Of a stretch of 64,000 nucleotides of DNA, positions 25,737 to 43,472 are shown piece by piece. Numbering within the stretch: the first letter of the stretch is position 1; every line of letters begins with the position of its first letter. The notes under the pieces were generated by a model, which did not search any database, had not been told where the DNA came from, and was given only the letters and a program-made list of their open reading frames with translations. The position numbers and the translations under genes were made by a program. The DNA comes from Eledone cirrhosa. Taxonomy: Eukaryota. The stretch covers positions 54,599-118,598 of the forward strand of contig CAXHJY010000838.1 in the NCBI GenBank assembly GCA_964016885.1, written 5' to 3'.

Positions 25737-26078
25737 TGTATGCCCTTTGTGTTTGTGTAGCCTATGCGCACCCTCTGCACCATACTATCGACGCCACCCC
25801 ATATATGGTTCAGCTAACCACCCGACTCCCGGGAATGAATATGCCCGCAGCTAGTAAAATAGGACCCACACCCCACCCTCCCGCACCAAAATTAGACTTA
25901 TCGTCCCCTACTTTGCTCTTTACTCTCTTTACTCTTTGTTCTTGAATGTTTAGTTGGTAGAGTCCATAACACCAATCAAACCCCTTTTATAGCTCTGACG
26001 AATCCTACGGTTACGTGAGGAAGAAACATTGTAAGCCAATAAAAATCTTTTGATGTTGTAGACGCTCTTGTTCATTTT
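25737..26078 (+). mobile_element. 5'-truncated Penelope-like element 3' end between TA tracts
   Basis: Encodes YMVQLTTRLPGMN (similar to the PLE C-terminal L-x-T-x-x-P-x-G-L/M-N motif), followed by a hammerhead motif and AATAAA. (TA)n on both sides. Confidence 0.7.
25985..26044 (+). ncRNA. minimal type-I hammerhead ribozyme (Penelope-type)
   Basis: CTGACGA (25995-26001); stem II TCCT-ACG/CGT-G-AGGA; GAAAC-ATT-GT-A (26023-26033); stem I GCT/AGC extended by TTTTAT/ATAAAA. Confidence 0.7.
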
Positions 26079-26254
26079 CATATATATATATATATATGTA
26101 TGTGTATATATATATGTATATACATACATAAATATACATATACATACATATATATACAAACATAAATATACATATACATACATATATATACAAACATAAA
26201 TATACATATATATACATACATATATATACATATACATATACATACATATATATA

Positions 26255-26626
26255 TGGTGGCTGCCAACTCGTTTTCGAGTACGGCCACTACTTTATATCC
26301 ATGTAGGAGAACCCCTACTGATGCGCTGAACGAGTGTGACTTTTTAGTCCAGCCAGCGACTTGAAAGCTCTGGTACAAACACTACACTTGTGACAATTAT
26401 TGACACATAGTGCTGGGCCCATGGTACCATGTGACGACAAATGCAGAGAGATCTCCAGATATAAAGCAATGCCTGTGCCGTGAAGCTTTTATAGTGAGCA
26501 AAGGCACTGCACAAAGCCAGTCCCACTCTCTTAACCAAGATGATATTTACCAAAAAGAAGAACAAGTCAACATCATTGGATACCATCATCCAAAATCACT
26601 GGGAGAGATGACCCCTTAGCCTTTGA
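26255..26626 (+). mobile_element. possible degenerate Penelope GIY-YIG fragment in a TA array
   Basis: Across frameshifts: HVGE..LLMR/LNE..KALVQ..W..KQCLCREAFIV..SLNQDD, loosely resembling YVGET..R..EH..SAL..H..REA..I..LN.D of PLE endonucleases. Confidence 0.35.
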
Positions 26627-27111
26627 CATATATATATATATGTATACATACATACGTACATATATATATATACATATATATATATACATACATACGTACA
26701 TATATATATATATACATATATATATATACATACATACGTACATATATATATATATACATACATACATATGTACATATATATATATATACATATATATACA
26801 TACATATATATATATATACATACATATACATACATATATATATATATACATACATATATATATATATACATACATACATATATATATATATACATACATA
26901 CGTACATATATATATATATACATATATATACATATATATATACATATATATATAGATATATATATATATATACATATATATATACATATATACATATATA
27001 TATACATATACATATATATATGCATATATATATACATATATATATACATATATATATACATATATATATACATATATATACACATATATATACATATATA
27101 TATATATACAC

Positions 27112-27458
<347 letters not shown>

Positions 27459-27553
27459 CACATATATATAAATATATATATACATATATACATATATATA
27501 CATATATATATATATACATATATATACATATATATATATATACATATATATAC

Positions 27554-27669
<116 letters not shown>

Positions 27670-27670
27670 C

Positions 27671-27884
<214 letters not shown>

Positions 27885-27896
27885 GCATATATATAC

Positions 27897-27932
<36 letters not shown>

Positions 27933-27944
27933 GCATATATATAC

Positions 27945-27975
<31 letters not shown>

Positions 27976-27986
27976 CATATATATAC

Positions 27987-28057
<71 letters not shown>

Positions 28058-28070
28058 TGCATATATATAC

Positions 28071-28135
<65 letters not shown>

Positions 28136-28152
28136 CATTTATATATATATAC

Positions 28153-28239
<87 letters not shown>

Positions 28240-28256
28240 CATTTATATATATATAC

Positions 28257-28291
<35 letters not shown>

Positions 28292-28303
28292 CATATATAT
28301 ATA

Positions 28304-28436
28304 CGTTATTCCGGGTTGAATCGGAGGTAACCACAGTAAGTAAGGTACTCAATACATAGCAGAGTATAACAGTTTTAATATAGATGAGATTCTACAGGAC
28401 TAGAACTGTTTCATTCATTAGAAATCATCAGGAATC

Positions 28437-28437
<1 letters not shown>
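28304..28437 (-). mobile_element. 134-bp hammerhead-bearing island (Penelope/retrozyme-like 3' end) inside the TA array
   Basis: The only non-TA sequence between 26627 and 32051. It consists of an HHR plus ~80 nt of 3' tail. Confidence 0.75.
28387..28437 (-). ncRNA. complete type-I hammerhead ribozyme
   Basis: Minus strand: AGATTC-CTGATGA-T-TTC-TAAT-GAA-T-GAA-ACAG-TTCTAGTC-CTGT-A-GAATCT. Intact core, 6-bp stem I, 3-bp stem II, 4-bp stem III, GUA cleavage triplet (H17 at 28393). Confidence 0.85.
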
Positions 28438-28467
<30 letters not shown>

Positions 28468-28493
28468 CATATATTATATATATACATATATAC

Positions 28494-28716
<223 letters not shown>

Positions 28717-28747
28717 CATATATATACATACATATATATATATATAC

Positions 28748-28832
<85 letters not shown>

Positions 28833-28833
28833 C

Positions 28834-28908
<75 letters not shown>

Positions 28909-28921
28909 AATATATATATAT

Positions 28922-28972
<51 letters not shown>

Positions 28973-28985
28973 AATATATATATAT

Positions 28986-29051
<66 letters not shown>

Positions 29052-29067
29052 TTATATATACATATAC

Positions 29068-29158
<91 letters not shown>

Positions 29159-29235
29159 CATATATATATAGATATATATATACATATATATATATACATA
29201 TATATATATACATATATATATATACATATATATAC

Positions 29236-29322
<87 letters not shown>

Positions 29323-29413
29323 CATATATATATAGATATATATATACATATATATATAGATATATATATACATATATATATAGATATATATATACATATA
29401 TATATATACATAC

Positions 29414-29450
<37 letters not shown>

Positions 29451-29461
29451 CATATATATAC

Positions 29462-29495
<34 letters not shown>

Positions 29496-29605
29496 ATATA
29501 TACATATATATACATACATATATATACATATATATACATACATATATATACATATATATACATACATATACATACATATATATATACATACATATACATA
29601 TATAA

Positions 29606-29638
<33 letters not shown>

Positions 29639-29749
29639 CATATATATACATATTATATACATATATATACAATATATATATATACATATATATACATATA
29701 TATACATATATATACATATATATACATATATATACATATATATATATAC

Positions 29750-29782
<33 letters not shown>

Positions 29783-29831
29783 CATATATATATACATATA
29801 TATATACATATATATATATACATATATATAC

Positions 29832-29865
<34 letters not shown>

Positions 29866-29893
29866 ATATATATATATATACATATATATATAC

Positions 29894-29965
<72 letters not shown>

Positions 29966-29967
29966 AC

Positions 29968-30112
<145 letters not shown>

Positions 30113-30119
30113 TATATAC

Positions 30120-30152
<33 letters not shown>

Positions 30153-30153
30153 C

Positions 30154-30204
<51 letters not shown>

Positions 30205-30339
30205 CATATACATATACATATATATATACATATATATACACACATATATATATATATACATATATATACATATATATACATATATATATATATACACATA
30301 TATATATATACATATATATACACACATATATATATATAT

Positions 30340-30378
<39 letters not shown>

Positions 30379-30600
30379 TATATATATATACACATATATA
30401 TATATATATACACATATATATATATATATACACATATATATATATATATATACACATATATATATATATATATACACATATATATACATATACATATATA
30501 CACATATATACACATATATATACATATACACATATATATATACACATATATATACATATACACTTATATATATATATACACATATATATATATATACACA

Positions 30601-30713
<113 letters not shown>

Positions 30714-30769
30714 ATATATACACACATACATATATACATATATATATACATATATATATATACATATAC

Positions 30770-30803
<34 letters not shown>

Positions 30804-30809
30804 CTATAC

Positions 30810-30849
<40 letters not shown>

Positions 30850-30897
30850 CTATACATATATATATATATATACATATATACATATATATATCTATAC

Positions 30898-30938
<41 letters not shown>

Positions 30939-30951
30939 CATATATATATAC

Positions 30952-30984
<33 letters not shown>

Positions 30985-31235
30985 CATATATATATACATA
31001 TATATATATACATATATATATACATATATATATATATATACATATATATATACATATATATATACATATATACATATATATACATATATACATATATATA
31101 TACATATATATATACATATACATATACATATATATATACATATACATATACATATATATATACATATACATATATATATACATATATATATACATATACA
31201 TATATATATACATATATATATACATATATATATAC

Positions 31236-31280
<45 letters not shown>

Positions 31281-31395
31281 TATATACATATATATATACA
31301 TATATATATACATATATATATACATATATATATACATATATATATACATATATATATACATATATATATATATATAGATATATATATATATATAC

Positions 31396-31446
<51 letters not shown>

Positions 31447-31560
31447 CATATATATATACATATATATATACATATATATATATACATATATATATACATA
31501 TATATATAGATATATATATATATATACATATATATACATATATATATATATATATACATG

Positions 31561-31591
<31 letters not shown>

Positions 31592-31801
31592 ATACATATA
31601 CATATATATATACATATATATATACATATATATATACATATATATATACATATATATGCATATATATATACATATATATATACATATATATATACATATA
31701 TATATACATATATATATACATATATATACATATATATATACATATATATATATATATACATATATATATACATATATATATACATATATATATATACATA
31801 C

Positions 31802-31873
<72 letters not shown>

Positions 31874-31875
31874 AC

Positions 31876-31907
<32 letters not shown>

Positions 31908-31919
31908 ATATACATATAC

Positions 31920-31953
<34 letters not shown>

Positions 31954-31967
31954 ATATATACATATAC

Positions 31968-32008
<41 letters not shown>

Positions 32009-32051
32009 CATATATATACATATATATATACATATATATATACATATATAT

Positions 32052-32642
32052 ACACCTTGAATACTGTTGTCCACTGTGGTCTCCCCACACGAAACAAAGT
32101 ATCATGAAACTTGAAGCTCCTCAAAGGGCAATCACGAAAAAGATAGATGGCATGTCAGACCTTGACTACTGGGGTCGATTGGAAAACCTGAAACTTTACT
32201 CACTCCAACGTCGCCGTGAGCGTTATATTATCTGCATGATGTGGAAAATGTTCCATCATCACTGCCCAAATGATGTTGGCATCGCCTTCAAGATACACCC
32301 AAGGCTTGGGCCCCGTGCTATCCGTCCCATTCAAAAATCTAAATCGCAACTCATAACAACAATACGGCACAATTATTTCACCTCAATCGGCCCTGCTCTC
32401 TTCAACATCACACCAGGACACGTCAAAACAGAAACTGACCACACAAAATTCAAGAAGTCTTTGGACAAATTCCTCCAAGTAATCCCGGACAAACCACCCA
32501 CACCCGGATATGTCTCCGCAAACAGTAATTCTCTTCTCGAATGGGCCATGGTGCCCAAATCCTGAATTGAAAGACTTCGCCAGGTGGTGCTATTAAGTTA
32601 GACATGGCCTGGGCCAATACTGGCCAAAACATTTCAAAGTTA
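32052..32642 (+). mobile_element. 5'-truncated CR1-like LINE 3' end (copy 1)
   Basis: [12 protein letters not shown]...[12 protein letters not shown]...[12 protein letters not shown], near-identical to 59788-60384. Tail CAAAGTTA. Confidence 0.95.
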
Positions 32643-32849
32643 TACATATATATATACATATATATACATATATATATACATATATATATACATATATATA
32701 TACATATATATATACATATATATATACATATATATATACATATATATATACATATATATATACATATATATACATATATATACATATATATATACATATA
32801 TATATACATATATATATACATATATATATATATACATATATATATATAC

Positions 32850-32880
<31 letters not shown>

Positions 32881-32948
32881 CATATATATATATACACATA
32901 TATATATATACATATATATATATATACATATATATACATATACATATA

Positions 32949-32984
<36 letters not shown>

Positions 32985-33249
32985 CATATATATATACATA
33001 TATATATACATATATATATATATACATATATATATATACATATATATATATACATATATATATATATACATATATATATATACATATATATATATATACA
33101 TATATATATATACATATATATATATATACATATATATATATACATATATATATATATACATATATATATATACATATATATATATACATATATATATATA
33201 TACATATATATATATACACATATATATATATACATATATATATATACAC

Positions 33250-33354
<105 letters not shown>

Positions 33355-33365
33355 CATATATATAC

Positions 33366-33416
<51 letters not shown>

Positions 33417-33427
33417 CATATATATAC

Positions 33428-33492
<65 letters not shown>

Positions 33493-33599
33493 CATATATA
33501 TACATATATATATATATACATATATATATATACACATATATATATATACACATATATATATATATATATATACATATATATATACATATATATATATAC

Positions 33600-33648
<49 letters not shown>

Positions 33649-33649
33649 C

Positions 33650-33830
<181 letters not shown>

Positions 33831-33851
33831 CATATATATATACATATATAC

Positions 33852-33882
<31 letters not shown>

Positions 33883-33945
33883 CATATATATATACATATA
33901 TACATATATATACATATATATATACATATATACATATATATATAC

Positions 33946-34028
<83 letters not shown>

Positions 34029-34047
34029 CATATATACATATATATAC

Positions 34048-34100
<53 letters not shown>

Positions 34101-34103
34101 CAC

Positions 34104-34166
<63 letters not shown>

Positions 34167-34203
34167 CATACATATATATATATACATACATATATATATA
34201 TAC

Positions 34204-34250
<47 letters not shown>

Positions 34251-34251
34251 C

Positions 34252-34298
<47 letters not shown>

Positions 34299-34299
34299 C

Positions 34300-34352
<53 letters not shown>

Positions 34353-34466
34353 CATATATATATACATATATATATACATATATATATATACATATATATA
34401 TACATATATATATAGATATATATATATATATACATATATATACATATATATATATATATATACATG

Positions 34467-34497
<31 letters not shown>

Positions 34498-34703
34498 ATA
34501 CATATACATATATATATACATATATATATACATATATATATACATATATATATACATATATATGCATATATATATACATATATATATACATATATATATA
34601 CATATATATATACATATATATATACATATATATACATATATATATACATATATATATATACATATATATATACATATATATATACATATATATATATACA
34701 TAC

Positions 34704-34775
<72 letters not shown>

Positions 34776-34777
34776 AC

Positions 34778-34809
<32 letters not shown>

Positions 34810-34821
34810 ATATACATATAC

Positions 34822-34855
<34 letters not shown>

Positions 34856-34869
34856 ATATATACATATAC

Positions 34870-34910
<41 letters not shown>

Positions 34911-34953
34911 CATATATATACATATATATATACATATATATATACATATATAT

Positions 34954-35544
34954 ACACCTTGAATACTGTTGTCCACTGTGGTCTCCCCACACGAAACAAA
35001 GTATCATGAAACTTGAAGCTCCTCAAAGGGCAATCACGAAAAAGATAGATGGCATGTCAGACCTTGACTACTGGGGTCGATTGGAAAACCTGAAACTTTA
35101 CTCACTCCAACGTCGCCGTGAGCGTTATATTATCTGCATGATGTGGAAAATGTTCCATCATCACTGCCCAAATGATGTTGGCATCGCCTTCAAGATACAC
35201 CCAAGGCTTGGGCCCCGTGCTATCCGTCCCATTCAAAAATCTAAATCGCAACTCATAACAACAATACGGCACAATTATTTCACCTCAATCGGCCCTGCTC
35301 TCTTCAACATCACACCAGGACACGTCAAAACAGAAACTGACCACACAAAATTCAAGAAGTCTTTGGACAAATTCCTCCAAGTAATCCCGGACAAACCACC
35401 CACACCCGGATATGTCTCCGCAAACAGTAATTCTCTTCTCGAATGGGCCATGGTGCCCAAATCCTGAATTGAAAGACTTCGCCAGGTGGTGCTATTAAGT
35501 TAGACATGGCCTGGGCCAATACTGGCCAAAACATTTCAAAGTTA
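34954..35544 (+). mobile_element. 5'-truncated CR1-like LINE 3' end (copy 2, duplicate of copy 1)
   Basis: Same truncation point and apparently the same sequence as 32052-32642; offset 2902 bp. Confidence 0.95.
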
Positions 35545-35763
35545 TACATATATATATACATATATATACATATATATATACATATATATATACATATATA
35601 TATACATATATATATACATATATATATACATATATATATACATATATATACATATATATACATATATATATACATATATATATACATATATATATACATA
35701 TATATATACATATATATATACATATATATATACATATATATATATATACATATATATATATAC

Positions 35764-35794
<31 letters not shown>

Positions 35795-35862
35795 CATATA
35801 TATATATACACATATATATATATACATATATATATATATACATATATATACATATACATATA

Positions 35863-35898
<36 letters not shown>

Positions 35899-36163
35899 CA
35901 TATATATATACATATATATATACATATATATATATATACATATATATATATACATATATATATATACATATATATATATATACATATATATATATACATA
36001 TATATATATATACATATATATATATACATATATATATATATACATATATATATATACATATATATATATATACATATATATATATACATATATATATATA
36101 CATATATATATATATACATATATATATATACACATATATATATATACATATATATATATACAC

Positions 36164-36254
<91 letters not shown>

Positions 36255-36265
36255 CATATATATAC

Positions 36266-36316
<51 letters not shown>

Positions 36317-36327
36317 CATATATATAC

Positions 36328-36376
<49 letters not shown>

Positions 36377-36483
36377 CATATATATACATATATATATATA
36401 TACATATATATATATACACATATATATATATACACATATATATATATATATATATACATATATATATACATATATATATATAC

Positions 36484-36532
<49 letters not shown>

Positions 36533-36533
36533 C

Positions 36534-36714
<181 letters not shown>

Positions 36715-36735
36715 CATATATATATACATATATAC

Positions 36736-36766
<31 letters not shown>

Positions 36767-36829
36767 CATATATATATACATATATACATATATATACATA
36801 TATATATACATATATACATATATATATAC

Positions 36830-36914
<85 letters not shown>

Positions 36915-36933
36915 CATATATACATATATATAC

Positions 36934-37046
<113 letters not shown>

Positions 37047-37083
37047 CATACATATATATATATACATACATATATATATATAC

Positions 37084-37130
<47 letters not shown>

Positions 37131-37139
37131 CATATATAC

Positions 37140-37188
<49 letters not shown>

Positions 37189-37209
37189 CATATATATATA
37201 CATATATAC

Positions 37210-37282
<73 letters not shown>

Positions 37283-37283
37283 C

Positions 37284-37330
<47 letters not shown>

Positions 37331-37331
37331 C

Positions 37332-37384
<53 letters not shown>

Positions 37385-37413
37385 CATATATATATACATA
37401 TATATATATATAC

Positions 37414-37510
<97 letters not shown>

Positions 37511-37569
37511 CATATGCATATATATATATACATATATATATATGCATATATATATATATACATATATAC

Positions 37570-37652
<83 letters not shown>

Positions 37653-37747
37653 CATATACACATATATATATATACATATATACATATATATATATATACA
37701 TATATATACATATATATATATATATACATATATATACATATATATAC

Positions 37748-37778
<31 letters not shown>

Positions 37779-38117
37779 CATATATATATATACACATATA
37801 TATATATACATATACATATATACATATATACATATACATATATATATATATACATACATATATATATATACATATATACATATACATATATATATATATA
37901 CATACATATATATATACATATATATATACATATATATACATATACATATATATATATACATATATATATATACATATATATATATACATATATATATATA
38001 CATATATATACATATACATACATATATATACATATATATATATATACATATACATATATATACATATATATATATATACATATACATATATATACATATA
38101 CATATATATATATATAA

Positions 38118-38152
<35 letters not shown>

Positions 38153-38260
38153 CATATATATATACATATATATATATATACATATATATATACATATATA
38201 TATACATATATATATACATATATATATATACATATATATATACATATATATATATACATA

Positions 38261-38300
<40 letters not shown>

Positions 38301-38302
38301 CA

Positions 38303-38682
38303 TAGTAAAACCTACTACAGTCAGTAGGCATCTAACAAAATACACCCCCGTCCCACGACCCCCACCCCATCCACACCACCCCCTTCTATGTAAAGTTATG
38401 TTGGTGCCACACCATCCAGGCCGAAACAAATGAGATCGTGTAGGTGTCACGACAAAAAAAAACACACAGTCCATGATGTAATGTGGCCGTGTAGGCAACA
38501 CGGTAAACACCTCCCAGACCCACACTGTAAATGTGGTTGGTGTTAGGAAGGGCATCCAACTGTAGAAAACCTGCCAGACAGTCCTATGTGAGCAAGACAA
38601 TCACTCTTGCCTCAAGTGGGAAAACCCCCGTCTAAACCCATGCAAGCATGGAACACGGACGTTAAACGTTGATGATGATGAT
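38303..38682 (+). mobile_element. RTE family B 3' UTR (5'-truncated) with (GAT)n tail
   Basis: Near-identical to 61682-62069; TA arrays on both sides. Confidence 0.9.
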
Positions 38683-39349
38683 ATATATATATATACATAC
38701 ATATACATATATATATACATACATATATATATATACATACATATATATATATATATACATACATATATATATATATATACATACATATATATATATACAT
38801 ATATATATATACATATATACATATATACATATACATATATATATACATATATATATATACATATATATATACATATATATATATACATATATATATACAT
38901 ATATATATATACATATATACATATATATATACATATATATATACATATATATATATACATATATACATATATATATACATATATATATACATATATATAT
39001 ATACATATATATATACATATATATATATACATATATATATACATATATATATATACATATACATATATACATATATATATACATATATACATATACATAT
39101 ATACATATATATACATATATATATATACATATATATATACATATATATATACATATATATATACATATATACATATATATATACATATATATATACATAT
39201 ATATATACATATATATACATATACATATATATATACATATATATATACATATATATATACATATATATATACATATATATATACATATATATATATACAT
39301 ATATATATATACATACATATATACATATATATACATATATATATACATA

Positions 39350-39385
<36 letters not shown>

Positions 39386-39429
39386 CATATATATACATAA
39401 ATACATATATATACATAAATATATACATA

Positions 39430-39465
<36 letters not shown>

Positions 39466-39657
39466 CATATATATACATAAATATATACATATATATATAT
39501 ACATACATATACATATATACATATATATATATACATATATATATATACATACATATACATATATACATATATATATATACATATATATACATACATATAT
39601 ATATATACATACATATACATATATACATATATATATATACATACATATATATACATA

Positions 39658-39691
<34 letters not shown>

Positions 39692-39998
39692 CATATATAC
39701 ATATACATACATATATATACATACATATACATATATACATATATATACATACATATACATATATACATATACATATACATATATACATATATATATATAC
39801 ATACACATATATACATATATATATATACATACATATACATATATACATATATATATATACATACATATATATATACATATATATATATACATACATATAT
39901 ATATACATATATATATATACATACATATATATATACATACATATATATATACATATATATATATATACACATATATATACATATATATATATATACAC

Positions 39999-40071
<73 letters not shown>

Positions 40072-40526
40072 CATATATATACATATATATATATACATAC
40101 ATATACATATATATATATACATACATATACATATATATATATACATACATATATATATATACATACATATATATATATACATACATATACATATATATAT
40201 ATACATATATATATATACATATATACATATATACATATACACATATACATATATATATATACACATATATATATATACATATATACATATACACATATAT
40301 ATATACATATATACATATACACATATATATATATACACATATATATATATACATATATACATATACACATATATATATATACATATATACATATACACAT
40401 ATATACATATACACATATATACATATACACATATATACATATACACATATATATATATACATATATATATATACATATATATATATACATATATATATAT
40501 ACATATATATACTTTCATACACTTAA

Positions 40527-40854
40527 CCCTTTAGCATTTAAACCAGCCATATCCGGCTAAAATTCTCTCACCTCTTTTTATTCAAACCGGCTGTAACCGG
40601 CCCCTCATACTGATGCTAAGGTATTGTTCTCAAAATAAATAATATCAAAATCTCTTAGCTTCGATATTATGTGAGGTAAAGCCTTTATCATAAAAATACA
40701 ATCGTATATATAAAGTAATTGTTTCTACTTTTGGCACAAGGCCAGCAATTACCCACTACATTACTTGTACTTTATTTTATCGACCCCGTAAGGATGAAAG
40801 GCAAAGTTAACCTCGGCGGGATTTGAACTCAAAAGTAATGTAAATGCTAAAGGG
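40527..40854 (-). mobile_element. piggyBac-like MITE containing a nested S1 SINE fragment (~40720-40831)
   Basis: TTAA flanks and TIRs. The SINE piece is bounded by the direct repeat AAAGTAAT (40712-40719, 40832-40839). Confidence 0.9.
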
Positions 40855-41055
40855 TTAACATGTATGTGCGACCATTGGTTTTTGGGTCCAGTTATGACCA
40901 CCACTGTATAGTGGTGGAGACATTTCCAATATGAAGGGCCAGTTCGGAAGTGCTTCCTCCTATATACAGTGTTGACCATAACTGGACCTTGAAACCAATG
41001 GTTGCACATACATGTTAAGTGTAAGAAAAATTATGTACACTATATGTTTATGTTT

Positions 41056-41686
41056 ATCATCATCATTGAACGTCCATCTTCCACGCTAGCATGGGTTAGA
41101 CAGGAATTGTCCCACTTGAGGCAAGATTGATCGGGTGGCTGTGTCTCACTCATACAGAACTATCTGGCAGGTTTTCTATGGCTGGATGCCCTTCCTAACA
41201 CCAACCACATTTACACATACATATATATATATATCATCATCATCATCATCGTTTAACGTCCATCTTCCACGCTAGCATGGGTCTGGATGGAAATTGTCCC
41301 ACTTGAGGCAAGATTGGTTGTCATGTTCAAGACTGTCTGGCGGGTTTTCTACGGCTGGATGCCTTTCCTAACACTAACCACATTTACAGTGTGGACTGGG
41401 AGGTTTTTACCGTGTTACCTACATGGCCACATTAGAGCGTGGACTGTTTTTTTTTTGTCGTGACACCTACACAACCTCATTTATTTAGGACTGGATGTTG
41501 TGGTACCAACATAACTTGACATCGAAATGAGTGGTGTAGATGGTGGTGGGGGGTAGTGGGACCGGAGTGTATTTTGGTTAAGAGGTGCCTACTGACTGTA
41601 GGTTTCGCTTTGTACTTAGGCAAGGCCGGTCTTCTGTATTACTGCGTAGCACCAAAGATCTCGGTCCAGTGACATTGTCTTGGAGT
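41056..41686 (-). mobile_element. two RTE family B 3' fragments (41056-41215 and 41233-41686)
   Basis: Reverse complement matches 61608-62069 (SKTMSLDRDLW... plus UTR and GAT tail). The longer copy has TA on both sides. Confidence 0.88.
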
Positions 41687-41922
41687 ATATATATATATAT
41701 ATATATAGTGTGTGTGTATTTTTTTAATTCTTTTACTAGTTTCAGTCATTTGACTGCAGCCATGCAACAACAATATGGCTGACTGAATAAGTTGGTACTA
41801 AACCCAACAAAACCTAAATATCTGTGTATGCCACTGTTGTAGCTTATTATATATATACATATATATTCGTAACTGTACTCCTTGTTGTTGTTATTTACTT
41901 TTCCAATATATATATATATATA

Positions 41923-42085
41923 GTTCAAGGAAACAACAAGCAGAGGTACAAATGTCTTCTTAGTTTTACGCTTTATATGGAAAAGAGGAAAGAAAGTTCG
42001 ACGTGTCAGGCTTTAGCCCTTCTTCAGGAGTACAAAAATAGAGACAGGATCACAAAAGATAGATACAGAAAATAAAAGGTAGACC
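41923..42085 (-). mobile_element. Penelope-like 3' end with mutated hammerhead, abutting (TA)n
   Basis: Minus strand CTGAAGA-A-GGGC-TAAA-GCCT-GACAC-GTC (about 42000-42027) is the typical PLE motif CTGAAGAAGGGN..NCCCGAAACGTC with GAAAC changed to GACAC. Confidence 0.65.
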
Positions 42086-42751
42086 ATGTAAAAAAAATAT
42101 ATATATAAATATCATCATCATCATTTTACATTCATGTGGATGTGTTGATACAGAAATCAGAACTTATTGAGAAGTACTATCCTCTTAGACAACTGAGGGG
42201 CCATGTCTCACTAGCATACGTTCCAGTTTTGGCATACTTTCAACAGCTTGATGCCCCATTAACGTCAATCACTTTACAAATAAATGTGTTATTAATATTT
42301 ATATGCTTGTAGTTTTGTAATTTTAAAATATAATGCACTTCCATTTTTTTGGGGCTGCACCAGATTTGAACCATTTTACTAAGATATTCAATTCTAGCAT
42401 AACCGGTTAAGCAAGGACAGCGCCTCCTTTTCCTCCTCTCCCTCTTATACACATTCCTTTACATTCAGAATAAAGCTATTTCTATACTGCACCTTAGAGT
42501 TCATTGAATCTAATGAATATATATATATAATAGGAACATTTTCATTTAACACAACACAAGCTAATGAGAGTTCGTTGATGTGAATGTGCAGCCTGCTAAA
42601 AGTAGCAGTAAAATGTCCTTCAAATGACACTACAATCTTAAAAATAATGGAAGGAGACATTGGATAATTTAGTCCTACATATCCTATATCAGAAAAAAGA
42701 CACAATCATCATAGCAGGAATACTTTTGATAATAAATGATTTATCAGAATT

Positions 42752-42990
42752 AACTTGGGGCTAAAAAACAACACAGTACAGTAATAGCTAAACTTCTTTT
42801 GATCTTAAGTTTACTTGAACAGGGTTGACCTGGGTCTAGCCAACAAACATGGCCATAGCTTGAATAACTTTGATCATAAGTCTCTTCAATGAGAACTGAC
42901 CTAGGGCTAAACAATAACATGGTTATAGCTTGAATAGCTTTGATCATAAGTCTACTTGATCAGGACTAGCTTTGGGGCTAAAAAACAACA
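42752..42990. repeat. ~70-bp tandem repeat, about 3 copies, probably an amplified SINE tail
   Basis: CTTTGATCATAAGTCT...GACCTAGGGCTAAACAA..CATGG..ATAGCTTGAATA recurs. A related reverse-complement sequence lies at about 46120-46165. Confidence 0.7.
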
Positions 42991-43279
42991 GCCTTCTTTG
43001 GGGTAAATGCAACAACTAAATCCCATTAGTTTTGAAATGCAATAAACTGGCAATTCAAAGAACAGAACACATCTATTACAAAAACATACTCCATAATTGC
43101 AAAATCCACCCACATTACTAAGAGCAATACTCTAGAACTGCGCAATAATATCACTGCAGATATTATTTTTATTTATATACAAACATACACAGATATTGTT
43201 TTATTTATGCTTATTCTTCATGCTTTTGTGAGCTGAAGACTGTATACACATGTGTGTCTGTAATTATATATATATATAT

Positions 43280-43455
43280 ATGTGGGAGCCCCTACATGGA
43301 CACACTGGAAGAGGAAGACCAAGGTTAACGTATGTTGATACCCTAAGGACAGACACTGGTCTGTTGGAGACACAAGACATGGCAGCGATAATGAAGGACA
43401 GAGACCGCTGGAGAGAACTCATCCATGGATCTCGGGAATTTTACCCGCCCTATAA
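43280..43455 (+). mobile_element. short 3' end of RTE-type LINE (family C) in (TA)n
   Basis: [42 protein letters not shown]; TA on both sides. Confidence 0.85.
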
Positions 43456-43472
43456 ATATATATATATATAAT

